Shown: positions 1-9,512, counted from the stretch's first letter. The stretch is DNA of 64,000 nt from Candidatus Oxydemutatoraceae bacterium (GCA_965219575.1 OZ244779.1:1516769-1580768); one strand, 5' to 3'. Made by a program: numbers and translations. The notes: generated from the sequence alone by a model not told the origin.

Positions 1-915
1 TGTCACCAATGCGACTCGCCGCTTGTTCTTCTTAAAATTTACCAAAGTCTCGGTCAACGAGGTATGTTCACCGATGAAGTAGGGCGAGCGTGACATTTTT
101 TTTAGTGCGTCGGCATTAAATTCCTTGATGTTTGCGGATACAAGATGACGCAGATGTAAGATACCGACGATGTTGTCAATCGTTTTGTCGCATAACGGGA
201 TGCGCGTATAAATCGCACTGCTTATATTTTTTTCTATTTGTTCGATTGGATCGGAGAGATTGATTGCATAGATTTCCGATCGTGGCACCATGATATCGGC
301 AACCGTTTTCTTATCCAGATCCAATATCCCCAGCAACATATTGCGATATTCGGTAGGGATGAGTTTTCCTGCGGTGGTAACCGCAGTGCGCAATTCTTCG
401 CGATTGAGTGCCTCTACGGTGTTTGCGTTTCTCCGAACTCCCAATAATCTGAGTAAACTATTGGTAATCAAATTACTAAATCTGATAAAAGGGTAAAGCA
501 CGATACGCAATACTACATAGATTCGTCCGGCGATAGCGGCCAATCTATCCGGATAGATCACCGCTAGGGTCTTGGGTGTCATCTCGGCAAATATCAACAA
601 TAAGAAAGTCAATACGAGTGTCGCAACGGCTATGCCTATTTCGTTGTAGATGCGATAACCTATATAGGCGGCGATCTGAGCAATCAGGATATTGATTAAG
701 TTGTTTCCCAGTAAAATTAAGGCAATGAGTTGATCCGGCTTCTTTAATAGTTTCAGCACTCGTTTTGCATCTTTTTGTCCGGCTTTGGCTCGGTGAACCA
801 AGCGATAACGGTTCGCTGCCATCAATGCCGTTTCCGAACCGGAAAAGAAAGCGGATAAGAAAAATAAAAATATAACGATTAAAATCGGTATATAGAGCGG
901 GATGTCTTCCAGCAT
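1..915 (-). CDS. yfjD: CNNM/DUF21-CBS (HlyC/CorC-family) membrane protein, runs off the window edge
   Basis: Manual translation from ATG at 915 gives MLEDIPLYIPILIVIFLFFLSAFFSGSETALMAANRYRL, the DUF21 signature; lies directly downstream of ypjD as in other gammaproteobacteria. Absent from the ORF track because it is truncated. Confidence 0.85.
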   Translation of the reverse strand, partial: MLEDIPLYIPILIVIFLFFLSAFFSGSETALMAANRYRLVHRAKAGQKDAKRVLKLLKKPDQLIALILLGNNLINILIAQIAAYIGYRIYNEIGIAVATLVLTFLLLIFAEMTPKTLAVIYPDRLAAIAGRIYVVLRIVLYPFIRFSNLITNSLLRLLGVRRNANTVEALNREELRTAVTTAGKLIPTEYRNMLLGILDLDKKTVADIMVPRSEIYAINLSDPIEQIEKNISSAIYTRIPLCDKTIDNIVGILHLRHLVSANIKEFNADALKKMSRSPYFIGEHTSLTETLVNFKKNKRRVALVT

Positions 916-922
916 TGCGCTT

Positions 923-1729
923 CTATATTTTGTCGAGTATGACTTCGAGGACGAATTTACTGCCTAAATAGCCTAGTATCAGTAGCCCGGTGGCAATTAG
1001 GACTAAACCAACCGCAATACTCGTGCGCCACCCATATAATTGCTTGCCGACCAAAACGATACCGAAAACCAACCAAGCCATTACCGATAATACGGTCTTG
1101 TGCATCAAATGCTGTGCAAAAAGATCCTCGTGATAAAGCCAACCACTCACTAAACCGATTGTCAATAATACGATGCCGAGCTTGATTAAGGCAAATAGAA
1201 AAGACTCCATTGCATCGAGTGTCGGTAGTGTGGATATTAGCCGATGTGTAGATTGATCTTTTAGCTTTAAGTAGGTAGTTTGCCTATAGATCGCTAAGGC
1301 TTGTATGCTTGCCATGATCAGCAGACTATAAGCTAGTAGCGACGCTACGATATGTAGCTGTATGCCCGCCGAGATTGCACTGCTCACCAGTTTGTCGGCG
1401 GTTTCTATAGGAGCTAGAGCTACGCAAACAGCCGTTATCGGCAAGATAATCATTCCCATCGCCGAGAGTGCTTGTCGTGTGCAGACAATGAATAAAATCA
1501 ATGAAATCAGTAATGCCGATAGCGAAATTGCATTGAACAACGATAGGTCTATACCGTCCGCAGTAATAACTTCGGGCATCAAAGCACCCGCGTGGCATAA
1601 CATTGCCAGTAGCCAAAGTGCTAATGAAGACTTTGCCGCAACGCCTAGTCCCGAGCGTACGCTACGCAACAACATGAACGCTGCTATCAAATATAGAGCA
1701 ATAGAAGCTAGACTAAAGAACAGAACCAT
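923..1729 (-). CDS. ypjD: Cytochrome c assembly (CcsA/YpjD family) inner-membrane protein
   Basis: Multi-TM protein with LHIVASLLAYS, LPTLDAME, HKTVLS and GYLGSKFVLE motifs. Confidence 0.85.
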   Translation of the reverse strand: MVLFFSLASIALYLIAAFMLLRSVRSGLGVAAKSSLALWLLAMLCHAGALMPEVITADGIDLSLFNAISLSALLISLILFIVCTRQALSAMGMIILPITAVCVALAPIETADKLVSSAISAGIQLHIVASLLAYSLLIMASIQALAIYRQTTYLKLKDQSTHRLISTLPTLDAMESFLFALIKLGIVLLTIGLVSGWLYHEDLFAQHLMHKTVLSVMAWLVFGIVLVGKQLYGWRTSIAVGLVLIATGLLILGYLGSKFVLEVILDKI

Positions 1730-1868
1730 GACATCCTGCAGTTATATGTATCATGAGTGAATTATAGCAAATAGCGGGGCGGTGCAATGGATTTGTTGGT
1801 TTCAAAATTTGTTAGATAGGAGGGCTGGGTATAATATCGCTTTTGAAACCATTAATGGAAAAATAGAG

Positions 1869-2132
1869 ATGACCGATACTGCTTTGTATAACTTATTGCG
1901 ACGGATACCTGACACCACTGATGATGAAGTAGAGAAAGCGGTTGCCGATGTTGCGAGTTCAAAGGAAATAGCAACCAAAGCCGACTTAAAAGCAGAGATA
2001 GCAAAGGTAGATAAAACGATAGCAGAACTAAAAGGTGAATTATTAGCGGAAATGTACCGCTTGAATAATCGTACGATCATGTGGATGGCCGGTATTGGTT
2101 TAGCGATTATCGGAGTCATTAAATACCTATGA
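1869..2132 (+). CDS. Small coiled-coil protein with C-terminal TM helix (CCDC90/DUF1640-like)
   Basis: IATKADLKAEI coiled coil followed by IMWMAGIGLAIIGVIKYL; start placed at ATG 1869 rather than the upstream GTG. Confidence 0.6.
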   Translation: MTDTALYNLLRRIPDTTDDEVEKAVADVASSKEIATKADLKAEIAKVDKTIAELKGELLAEMYRLNNRTIMWMAGIGLAIIGVIKYL

Positions 2133-2239
2133 TGAGCCTGGAGCCTGTTAACTATTTTGTGTAACTTCGTTTTCCTCAATATCAAATCTACCTTCGTATT
2201 CAATAGCTAATCGGTTCATCGAAATAATTTAAGGTACTT

Positions 2240-2494
2240 GGGGCTGTTGAAAAAGTATCCACGAACCGTAGGGGCGGACTAACATGTCCGCCCGTAACGC
2301 GTTGGCCGGCACGATTTATACATTCATCCATTCAATTTATGGAAACCAAAACCATACGGCGCAAGCGGTTGGTGTCGTGCAGAACGGTACTTAAGGGCAG
2401 ACACACAGGTCTGCCCCTACGGCTTGGTGGTTATTATAAATTCACGGCGCAAGCGGTTACGGTTGCACGCCGGCGATACTTTTTCAACAGCCCC
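2240..2494 (+). mobile_element. MITE copy 1 (255 bp), about 20-bp TIRs, 4-bp target duplication ACTT
   Basis: GGGGCTGTTGAAAAAGTATC…GATACTTTTTCAACAGCCCC; ACTT at 2236-2239 and 2495-2498; internal GTAGGGGCGGAC…GTCCGCCC and GGGCAGAC…GTCTGCCCCTAC hairpins; no coding capacity. Confidence 0.85.
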
Positions 2495-2537
2495 ACTTGA
2501 CTAGTTTAGGGGGTACGATTTGATAAAATAACTAGTA

Positions 2538-3212
2538 ATGACAACACCTAACAGACATTTTAGAGGGGCGCATATTTCAAACAGGAAAATGGGAAGCTTA
2601 GTTATTTATAGAACCGAACGAAATACTGGCAAAGTAGATGTTGAGACTGGCGATGTGGATGTTGATATCAACGATCCGCTGGATAGTCTGCTAGGTTATG
2701 TTCTTTCATTTGTCCCTATTGATGAATCTATTACCGATAAAGGGGAGTTGGAAACCTACTTGGAAGATCCGCTAGAACCGATAAAAGAGATGTATGACGA
2801 TGACTTTATCCGTCATCACAAAACACGTTATGAAGCATTAAAAAAAGCAACCGCCGCAAACTCTAAAGGTTGGTACGTGTACTACTCTGGTGATGACCAA
2901 TGCTACGACACTACCAACACCAAGGAGCTTCTTATCTTGCTTTGTACGATCCTTAAAAGGAAATACCCGAAGTATGAATTTGCGATATTTTATGACCAAT
3001 TCACAGGGGACGGGTGTTACGATATGAAGGAGATATATTTTACTATTCGACACGAAGGCAAGATAAACTACAAAACGCTGAAAGCAAAACTACCGCTTTA
3101 TTATAGCGATACCGTGTTGACATGGTATATAAAACAGCTGTCTGAACTTGGTTTGGTAAACGTTGAGTTGAGTAAAGCAGAGCCTCACAAAATTATATCA
3201 GTTAAGGCTTAG
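2538..3212 (+). CDS. Hypothetical protein, possible C-terminal winged helix
   Basis: 224-aa ORF; C-terminal SDTVLTWYIKQLSELGLVNV resembles a wHTH recognition helix and wing. Confidence 0.55.
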   Translation: MTTPNRHFRGAHISNRKMGSLVIYRTERNTGKVDVETGDVDVDINDPLDSLLGYVLSFVPIDESITDKGELETYLEDPLEPIKEMYDDDFIRHHKTRYEALKKATAANSKGWYVYYSGDDQCYDTTNTKELLILLCTILKRKYPKYEFAIFYDQFTGDGCYDMKEIYFTIRHEGKINYKTLKAKLPLYYSDTVLTWYIKQLSELGLVNVELSKAEPHKIISVKA

Positions 3213-3239
3213 TTGAAAACTTTTATTCAATTATTTTTA

Positions 3240-3267
3240 ATTTAACATAATATATATTATGCGAAGT
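3240..3267 (-). other. dif: dif (XerC/XerD recombination) site
   Basis: Minus strand ACTTCGCATAA-TATATA-TTATGTTAAAT: XerD arm identical to E. coli dif, 6-bp spacer, XerC-like arm. Confidence 0.9.
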
Positions 3268-3301
3268 ATTCTAAGTCGCTACTTTCATAGAACCGGCAGT
3301 G

Positions 3302-4201
3302 CTATGCAGTAAGGGCTTCAATTCGTTGCTCTGCTTTGCGGGCTATCTCAATATCTATCTCGGTACCGACGAAGTCTCTGTTTTCTAAACGTGCCGCAAC
3401 ACCGGTTGACCCCGATCCTGCAAAAGGATCAAAAACTACGGCGTTCTCGGGAGAAAAAATGCGTATTAGATGTTGTAGCAAATCGACTGGTTTTGTTGTC
3501 ATATGACCATGCCTTCGTCGTGGTTTTTGAGCAGCAATCACCGTTCCGGGAAAGCGATCAGGGTCTATTAACGGGTCGTGCGGATCAATCAAACCGGTTT
3601 CCCATTTGTCCCAATTATCAACGAATGTTCCCTCTCGCGGTGCTTGAGCCATTACGATTAATTCGCATTGTGGTTTGAGTTGCGGAGTTTTTCTCCCTCC
3701 AAGTTTTTTTATTAACCTCTTTTTTTCGGATTCCGGGATACGCCGCTTATGGATAAAATGTTCCTGTGAAAATGCCTTCGCTTGACCTTCATAACGCCAT
3801 ACAAAAATATCTCTAATCTCAAAACCGGCCATTTCTATAGCCATAGCTGTGCGGTGTACGAGACGATTTTGCGCAAAGCAAAGAATAAATCCGCCGGGTT
3901 TAATCAATCTTATCCATTCGCTTGCGATAGGCTGCAGGAATGATTGTAGTCTTTCGCCTTGCGTCACATCAAATTTCATTCCCACGGGCAAAGACCCAAC
4001 CACACCACCGGGTCTTAATCTACGCGCAAGGCTATCGTTATTCCACTCATCCCCCATTCCATCGATAAAATAAGGTGGATCGGTCACGATAAGAGAAACA
4101 CTCGAGTCTTTCATTGTCGGCATATGTTTGCGACAATCCTTTGCTATGACCCAATGCGATTGTTTTTGTTTTCTTGGCTTGGCGGAAGGTTGGGGTTGCA
4201 T
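3302..4201 (-). CDS. N4/N6 DNA methyltransferase, beta class
   Basis: Motif IV TDPPY N-terminal; HMTTKP and motif I DPFAGSGSTG C-terminal. Confidence 0.9.
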   Translation of the reverse strand: MQPQPSAKPRKQKQSHWVIAKDCRKHMPTMKDSSVSLIVTDPPYFIDGMGDEWNNDSLARRLRPGGVVGSLPVGMKFDVTQGERLQSFLQPIASEWIRLIKPGGFILCFAQNRLVHRTAMAIEMAGFEIRDIFVWRYEGQAKAFSQEHFIHKRRIPESEKKRLIKKLGGRKTPQLKPQCELIVMAQAPREGTFVDNWDKWETGLIDPHDPLIDPDRFPGTVIAAQKPRRRHGHMTTKPVDLLQHLIRIFSPENAVVFDPFAGSGSTGVAARLENRDFVGTEIDIEIARKAEQRIEALTA

Positions 4202-4329
4202 TTTATGTCGTTAGTTGTTGATTAAATATGCCTTGTTAATTCCGACTGACTCCCACCGGTTTATGGCCGGCAATCGTTGAACACTATACAGCATAAAACA
4301 GAATATCCAATATCAGAACGAAAATAGAT

Positions 4330-4359
4330 TTGACATTTTCATAAAGTTCATGTTATAAA
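4330..4359 (+). promoter_or_regulatory. Probable strong sigma70 promoter for the lipoprotein gene
   Basis: TTGACA (4330-4335), 18 nt, TGn-TATAAA (4351-4359); AAGGAG RBS before ATG 4437. Confidence 0.6.
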
Positions 4360-4436
4360 TAGTTCTTTATTGCCTCCCTCTAAGGCGATAAATCTTAGAT
4401 CTAAGATACATTTAATTTATTAAAGGAGTTTAAACA

Positions 4437-4748
4437 ATGAAGAAATATTTAATTGCAATGCTTGCTACAGCGACAGTGTCTTTAGCAGGTTGTGGTATGA
4501 TGTCGGAAGACCAAATGATGATGATGGAAAATCAAACGATGATGATGGAAGAAATGAGTGCTCAGATGAGTGAGATTCAATTCCAAGTCAACTCTAATGC
4601 GGCGGCTGCGGCTAGTGCTAAAGATATGGCAAACGAAGCAATGATTAAAGCCTCCATGATGGACATGGACGGTCGCTCGATGACGCATGACCGTAACATG
4701 AAGATGCACGATCGTGGCATGATGCATAACAGAGACATGATGAAATAA
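4437..4748 (+). CDS. Methionine-rich Lpp/OprI-like alanine-zipper lipoprotein
   Basis: Signal peptide with LAGC lipobox, NAAAAASAKDMANEA alanine zipper, C-terminal MMK; strong RBS and terminator. Confidence 0.75.
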   Translation: MKKYLIAMLATATVSLAGCGMMSEDQMMMMENQTMMMEEMSAQMSEIQFQVNSNAAAAASAKDMANEAMIKASMMDMDGRSMTHDRNMKMHDRGMMHNRDMMK

Positions 4749-4775
4749 TTATAAAGATTTCATATATAGCAAAAT

Positions 4776-4807
4776 AGAAAAGGGGGCTTATTCAAGCCCC
4801 TTTTTCT
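4776..4807. terminator. Bidirectional intrinsic terminator
   Basis: AGAAAAGGGGGCTT-ATTC-AAGCCCCTTTTTCT between convergent genes. Confidence 0.85.
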
Positions 4808-4813
4808 TAGCCG

Positions 4814-5770
4814 TCAAAAGATGTAATCCCTCTTTTTCTTAAACTGGTTCGCTCTCTCTATCCTAACCAACTCTAAAGGATAATCCCCTAAATTAACAGC
4901 CGTCGGGATGCCTCGTGACTCCTTGGCTATTCGTATGAATTTCTCCCAATCTATACTGATAGATTTGCCTTCCGATAACTTACTCATGGTTATAATTGCT
5001 TGGCCTAAATAATCGGCCAGTATCCGAGGATCGTCACCGTCGTGAGCCTCTAGATAAGCTATACCGTCATCGATAGCAACCTTAAAAGGTTCATATTTAA
5101 TCGTCACCGAAGTCTGACGCGGTGTTTTATCGAATAGTACCTCGATGTCTGCCGGACGCATTCGTATGCATCCGTGCGTTACCCGCATGCCGATACCTTC
5201 GGGACGATTCGTTCCGTGTATGAAGTAGCTCGGTAAATCCAACTGCAGTGCATATTTTCCCAGTGGATTATCGTCTCCGGGCGGCACCGATGCCGGAAGT
5301 ATATCGCCCCTCAAAGCATGTTGCTCTCTTACGCTTTCCGGTGGATACCATGTCGGATTTACCAATTTATCGATAACTTTAGCATTCGCACGAGGGGTCA
5401 ACCAATCACCCTGCCCTATGCTGATCGGATAAGTGTCTACCGAATTTTCCTCGATATAATGGTATATACGCATTTCCGCTAGATTGATATAAATACCTTT
5501 GTAATCCGGTTGTGGCAATATGAAGCGACCGGGCAAAATGATCGTGCTATTCTCTCTCGGGACCCAAGCATCCAGATTCGGATTGGCAACTCTCATTTCG
5601 TCGTAGCCGAGTGAATATTGCTGTGCTAAGGCAACAAAAGTATCGTCGGGTTGTGCGGTGACACTACGCAACGAACCTACTATAATATGTTCCGGATCGT
5701 AACTGAAGTTTTCAGCCTCGGCAACACCGACCAGACCAAGTACTAAAACTGTTTTTAATAGATAAATCAT
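4814..5770 (-). CDS. L,D-transpeptidase (ErfK/YbiS/YcfS family)
   Basis: Signal peptide, LysM-like ANP.LD.WVP, INLAEMR, NPTWYPP, IHGTN and THGCIRM catalytic motif. Confidence 0.92.
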   Translation of the reverse strand: MIYLLKTVLVLGLVGVAEAENFSYDPEHIIVGSLRSVTAQPDDTFVALAQQYSLGYDEMRVANPNLDAWVPRENSTIILPGRFILPQPDYKGIYINLAEMRIYHYIEENSVDTYPISIGQGDWLTPRANAKVIDKLVNPTWYPPESVREQHALRGDILPASVPPGDDNPLGKYALQLDLPSYFIHGTNRPEGIGMRVTHGCIRMRPADIEVLFDKTPRQTSVTIKYEPFKVAIDDGIAYLEAHDGDDPRILADYLGQAIITMSKLSEGKSISIDWEKFIRIAKESRGIPTAVNLGDYPLELVRIERANQFKKKRDYIF

Positions 5771-5771
5771 A

Positions 5772-6929
5772 GTGGATATTATAAAAGCAATCGTAGATGA
5801 ATTTCCACATACCGATATAATTCATCTAAATCATGCCGGCGTGGGTCGGTGGCCGATGCGCACCGTTCATGCGATACATCGCTTTGCCGAAGAGAACGCG
5901 CGATACGGTGCGATACATTCGCCGGATTGGTCTAAACATGCCTACACTTTGCGAGCCATGCTCACAAACTTGATCAATGCGAAAAGCGAAGATGAAATTG
6001 CCTTGCTCAAAAATACCTCGGAGGCTTTATCGCTTATCGCTTACGGCATAGATTGGCAAGCCAAGGATAATATCGTGGTCGGCAAGCAGGAATTTCCCTC
6101 TAATAGAATAGTTTGGGAGTCCTTGAAAAATACGCATGCCGTAGAAATACGGGTCGTTGACTTATATGCAGCAAAAACTCCCGAGCAAACATTGATCGAG
6201 GCAAGCGATGCGCATACTCGTTTGATTGCGGTTAGTTCCATACAATACGCAACAGGCTATCGCATGGATCTAAATTACTTAGGTCGGCATTGCCGCACTG
6301 CCGATATTCTGTTTTGCGTCGATGCGATACAAAGTTTAGGTGCAGCTGCAATAGATGTGCAGCATAGCTTCATTGATTTTTTAGCTGCCGATGCCCATAA
6401 ATGGTTATTGGCTCCCGAGGGTATCGCCCTGCTCTATTGCAAAGACCTACATATACCCAAATTAAAATTAAACCAGTACGGTTGGAATATGATGGACGAT
6501 TGCAATAATTACGATGCGCTATATAACGAAGCCGATATAATGAAATGGCAACTCAAAGCAAATGCACAGCGTTTTGAATGTGGTAGCTTGAATCATCTAG
6601 GTATTTATGCATTGCATGCCAGCTTGGCTTTGTTGATGGAAATCGGTCCTGCCGAGATATATAGTCGGATTGCCCTGAATGTCGGTTATTTGGCAAAGCA
6701 CCTAGACCGAAACCGATTTGTACCGCTTACACCCGATGATAAAGCCCGACGCGGCGGTATCTTCACGTTTAAGTCATTGAGACGAGATACTAAAACCTTG
6801 TTTAAGCATCTTATCGAAAATAAGGTATTTTGCGCTTATCGCGGTGGTGGCATACGCTTGTCTCCGCATTTTTACAATAAAGCCGAGGATTTAGATACGG
6901 TGCTTGAAATACTACACGAAAACAGTTAA
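5772..6929 (+). CDS. Class V PLP-dependent aminotransferase (cysteine desulfurase-like)
   Basis: LNHAG, KNTSE, VDAIQSLG, AHKWLLAPEG and IRLSPHFYN motifs. Confidence 0.88.
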   Translation: MDIIKAIVDEFPHTDIIHLNHAGVGRWPMRTVHAIHRFAEENARYGAIHSPDWSKHAYTLRAMLTNLINAKSEDEIALLKNTSEALSLIAYGIDWQAKDNIVVGKQEFPSNRIVWESLKNTHAVEIRVVDLYAAKTPEQTLIEASDAHTRLIAVSSIQYATGYRMDLNYLGRHCRTADILFCVDAIQSLGAAAIDVQHSFIDFLAADAHKWLLAPEGIALLYCKDLHIPKLKLNQYGWNMMDDCNNYDALYNEADIMKWQLKANAQRFECGSLNHLGIYALHASLALLMEIGPAEIYSRIALNVGYLAKHLDRNRFVPLTPDDKARRGGIFTFKSLRRDTKTLFKHLIENKVFCAYRGGGIRLSPHFYNKAEDLDTVLEILHENS

Positions 6930-7882
6930 CGATTGTAGGTAGCCTTCCGCCATTCCAGCAACCCTCCTTCTAATAATAGGCGCGGATTAATATTCTGTTT
7001 GGCAAAGCGGCAGCGCTCGATTTGTCGCTGATACAACCAATAGAGCAGATTTTTCGGATTAGCTCCGGTTGATTTCGGATCTATCTTACCGGAAGCTATC
7101 TCTTTAGCCTGCCTTGTTATCGTATGTTGCAGATGTTCCAACAACCACCGCTGAATTGCATCGGCAGGCCTGTCGCACCAGTGATCGACAAAATCGTGGG
7201 TAGTAATCTGCTTAGTCATCCATTGCTCGAATTCTTGATAAAATAATAGCTTATCCGACTCATCGGATGTTTCCTCTAAAGCTATTAATGGACTATTACC
7301 GCAAAGCAACAGTTTTTGCTTTGCGTCTTCCTCGGATATAGACATTCGGGAGGCAAGCCAAGCGGAAGCTTCCGTTCCCGGCTCTTTGATATGAATGCGA
7401 TGACAGCGGCTGCGTATAGTCGGGGTCAATGTCGAGGGCTGTCTGCAAGTCATCAGAATGATTGACTCTGCAGGAGGTTCCTCCAATGTTTTAAGCAGGC
7501 TATTCGCTGCTGCATAATTCAGATTATCGACCTCTTTAATCAATACGATCTTATGGTTCGGATAATGCCGGCTCAGTTGTAAAAAGTTTATAGCATAGCG
7601 AATTTGTTCTATTTTGATTTGATCTTGCTCGGCTTCTATCATCAAATAATCAGGGTGATTGCCTGTCAGAAAAAGTCGACAACCTTCACATTTGAGACAA
7701 GGCTTAGAGTTATTATCACTATTACATAATAAGCTACAGCATAATCTTAGAGCAAAATCGCTGACGCCGCAGCCACAATGCCCGTGCAACAACAATGCAT
7801 GCGGTACTTTTGATTGGGTCAAATAATGCTGCCAATTTTGCCATGTATCACGTTGCCATGGGTAAAGTTCATGCGTCATCAT
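6926..7882 (-). CDS. holB: DNA polymerase III delta-prime subunit
   Basis: YPWQ, HALLL, C..C..C, NHPD, AANSLLKTLEEPP, TIRSRC; follows tmk. Confidence 0.93.
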   Translation of the reverse strand: MMTHELYPWQRDTWQNWQHYLTQSKVPHALLLHGHCGCGVSDFALRLCCSLLCNSDNNSKPCLKCEGCRLFLTGNHPDYLMIEAEQDQIKIEQIRYAINFLQLSRHYPNHKIVLIKEVDNLNYAAANSLLKTLEEPPAESIILMTCRQPSTLTPTIRSRCHRIHIKEPGTEASAWLASRMSISEEDAKQKLLLCGNSPLIALEETSDESDKLLFYQEFEQWMTKQITTHDFVDHWCDRPADAIQRWLLEHLQHTITRQAKEIASGKIDPKSTGANPKNLLYWLYQRQIERCRFAKQNINPRLLLEGGLLEWRKATYNR

Positions 7883-8496
7883 GGTTGTTTCATCAGCGGT
7901 CTCAAGTGTTCTATGATCATTTTTGTCACCTCGGTTATGTCCTGCTCGGCATCGATGATTTTAATGCGCTCGGGGTGATTGTCGGCGCATTGCAAGTACG
8001 CATTTCGTACCCGTTCAAAAAACACCTTATCTTCTCGCTCGAAGCGATCCAAGTTTTTAGAATTTATTCGTTTCCATATATGTTTAGGAGACATATCTAA
8101 TAATAAAGTCAAATCCGGTTTTATAGATACCGCCATTCGATCAAGTTGCCTTATATAATCCAATGGAATGTTGCGTCCTCCTCCCTGATAAGCATAGCTG
8201 GAGTCCATAAAGCGGTCACAAATTACCCAGGCACCTTTTTTGAGGGCGGGCTTTATTTGCCGTTCTACATGTTGCATGCGAGCCGCATAAAACAACAATA
8301 ACTCGCTTATTTCGGTTATCCGATGGTCGGGATCCAGCAACCACTGCCGTATTTTTTCTCCCAATCGAGTTCCTCCCGGCTCCTGCGTGATATAGATCTC
8401 TACACCTTTGTTGCGCAAATACTCGGCTATTTCCGCCGTTTGTGTGCTTTTCCCTGTTCCCTCCAGACCCTCTAAGGTAATAAACTTGGCATTCAT
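7879..8496 (-). CDS. tmk: Thymidylate kinase
   Basis: FITLEGLEGTGKST, EPGGT, DRFMDSSYAYQG. Confidence 0.96.
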   Translation of the reverse strand: MNAKFITLEGLEGTGKSTQTAEIAEYLRNKGVEIYITQEPGGTRLGEKIRQWLLDPDHRITEISELLLFYAARMQHVERQIKPALKKGAWVICDRFMDSSYAYQGGGRNIPLDYIRQLDRMAVSIKPDLTLLLDMSPKHIWKRINSKNLDRFEREDKVFFERVRNAYLQCADNHPERIKIIDAEQDITEVTKMIIEHLRPLMKQP

Positions 8497-9512
8497 CGTT
8501 TTAATTGATATTTTTTGACTGCTTTTAAGTGCTCTGCATATGTTTTGGAAAAATGATGGCTCCCATCGCCTTTAGCGACAAAATATAGATAATCGCCATA
8601 TTCCGGGTGCATCACCGCAGTAATAGAGGAAAGGCCCGGCATCGCAATCGGTGTCGGAGGCAGTCCTTTACGCGTATAGCTATTGTATGGTTGGTCTTCC
8701 TTCAAGTCTCGCGAACGAAGATTGCCGTCGAAGCGCTCACCCAAACCGTAAATTATAGTAGGATCTGCCTGCAACAGCATATTTTTTTTAAGACGGCTAA
8801 TAAAAACCCCCGCTACTCTTGGACGTTCCTCTATTTTAGCGGCTTCTTTCTCTACTATCGATGCGAGGATTAACGCTTGATACGGTGAGGCTAAAGGCAG
8901 CTGTGGGTCTCTGGTTTGCCATGCTTCTGTCAATACAGTCTGCATTTTTTGATGGGCTTGTTTGAGTAGATCTATAGAATCGGTGCCGACAGTATAATAA
9001 TATGTATCGGGGAAAATCCAACCTTCGGGTGAAGACTGTGAGATACCTAGATGCAAGCTAATATCGGCATAATCCGTACTACTCGTATTGATATGAGGTA
9101 TCGCTTCCATTGCATCCAGTATCTGTTTCATTGTGTAACCTTCTATGATACTGAATTTTCTCTGCACAACTTCACCGGCAAACGCTTTGTCCAGGAATTG
9201 ATACAATTTCATATCCGGCTTTAGCAGGTATTCACCGGCTTGTATTTGCTCCAATCTCATCCCACCGATCTGTGCATAGAGCCTTATATACCAAGATAAC
9301 GGCACGATACTATCATGAGGTTTTAATAATTGCTTATCGTGCATGTCCGATAAGATATTCTGAAAGTTATCGCCTAATCGTATCGAAAAGTTGTAATCAT
9401 CGTTTATATTCATAGATTTTAGATATATCTGTCTCCTGAAATCATAACCCAAAATTGACACGATAAGCACACCGATAACCAATGTAATAATCGCAAGTCG
9501 TTTCCCTGTCAT
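8493..9512 (-). CDS. mltG: Endolytic transglycosylase MltG
   Basis: EGWIFPDTY, LASIVEKE, LQADPT, YNSY…GLPPTPI; start set at ATG 9512, overlapping the pabC stop. Confidence 0.93.
   Translation of the reverse strand: MTGKRLAIITLVIGVLIVSILGYDFRRQIYLKSMNINDDYNFSIRLGDNFQNILSDMHDKQLLKPHDSIVPLSWYIRLYAQIGGMRLEQIQAGEYLLKPDMKLYQFLDKAFAGEVVQRKFSIIEGYTMKQILDAMEAIPHINTSSTDYADISLHLGISQSSPEGWIFPDTYYYTVGTDSIDLLKQAHQKMQTVLTEAWQTRDPQLPLASPYQALILASIVEKEAAKIEERPRVAGVFISRLKKNMLLQADPTIIYGLGERFDGNLRSRDLKEDQPYNSYTRKGLPPTPIAMPGLSSITAVMHPEYGDYLYFVAKGDGSHHFSKTYAEHLKAVKKYQLKR

Noticed and set aside
2538-4201. Intact type II restriction-modification pair
   Set aside because: No recognisable PD-(D/E)xK, HNH or GIY-YIG motif in the 224-aa ORF, and the genes are on opposite sides of dif; it cannot be fully excluded without a profile search.
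4482-4727. His-rich antisense ORF
   Set aside because: CAT runs are the reverse complement of the ATG runs in the lipoprotein gene, which has the promoter, RBS, lipobox and terminator.
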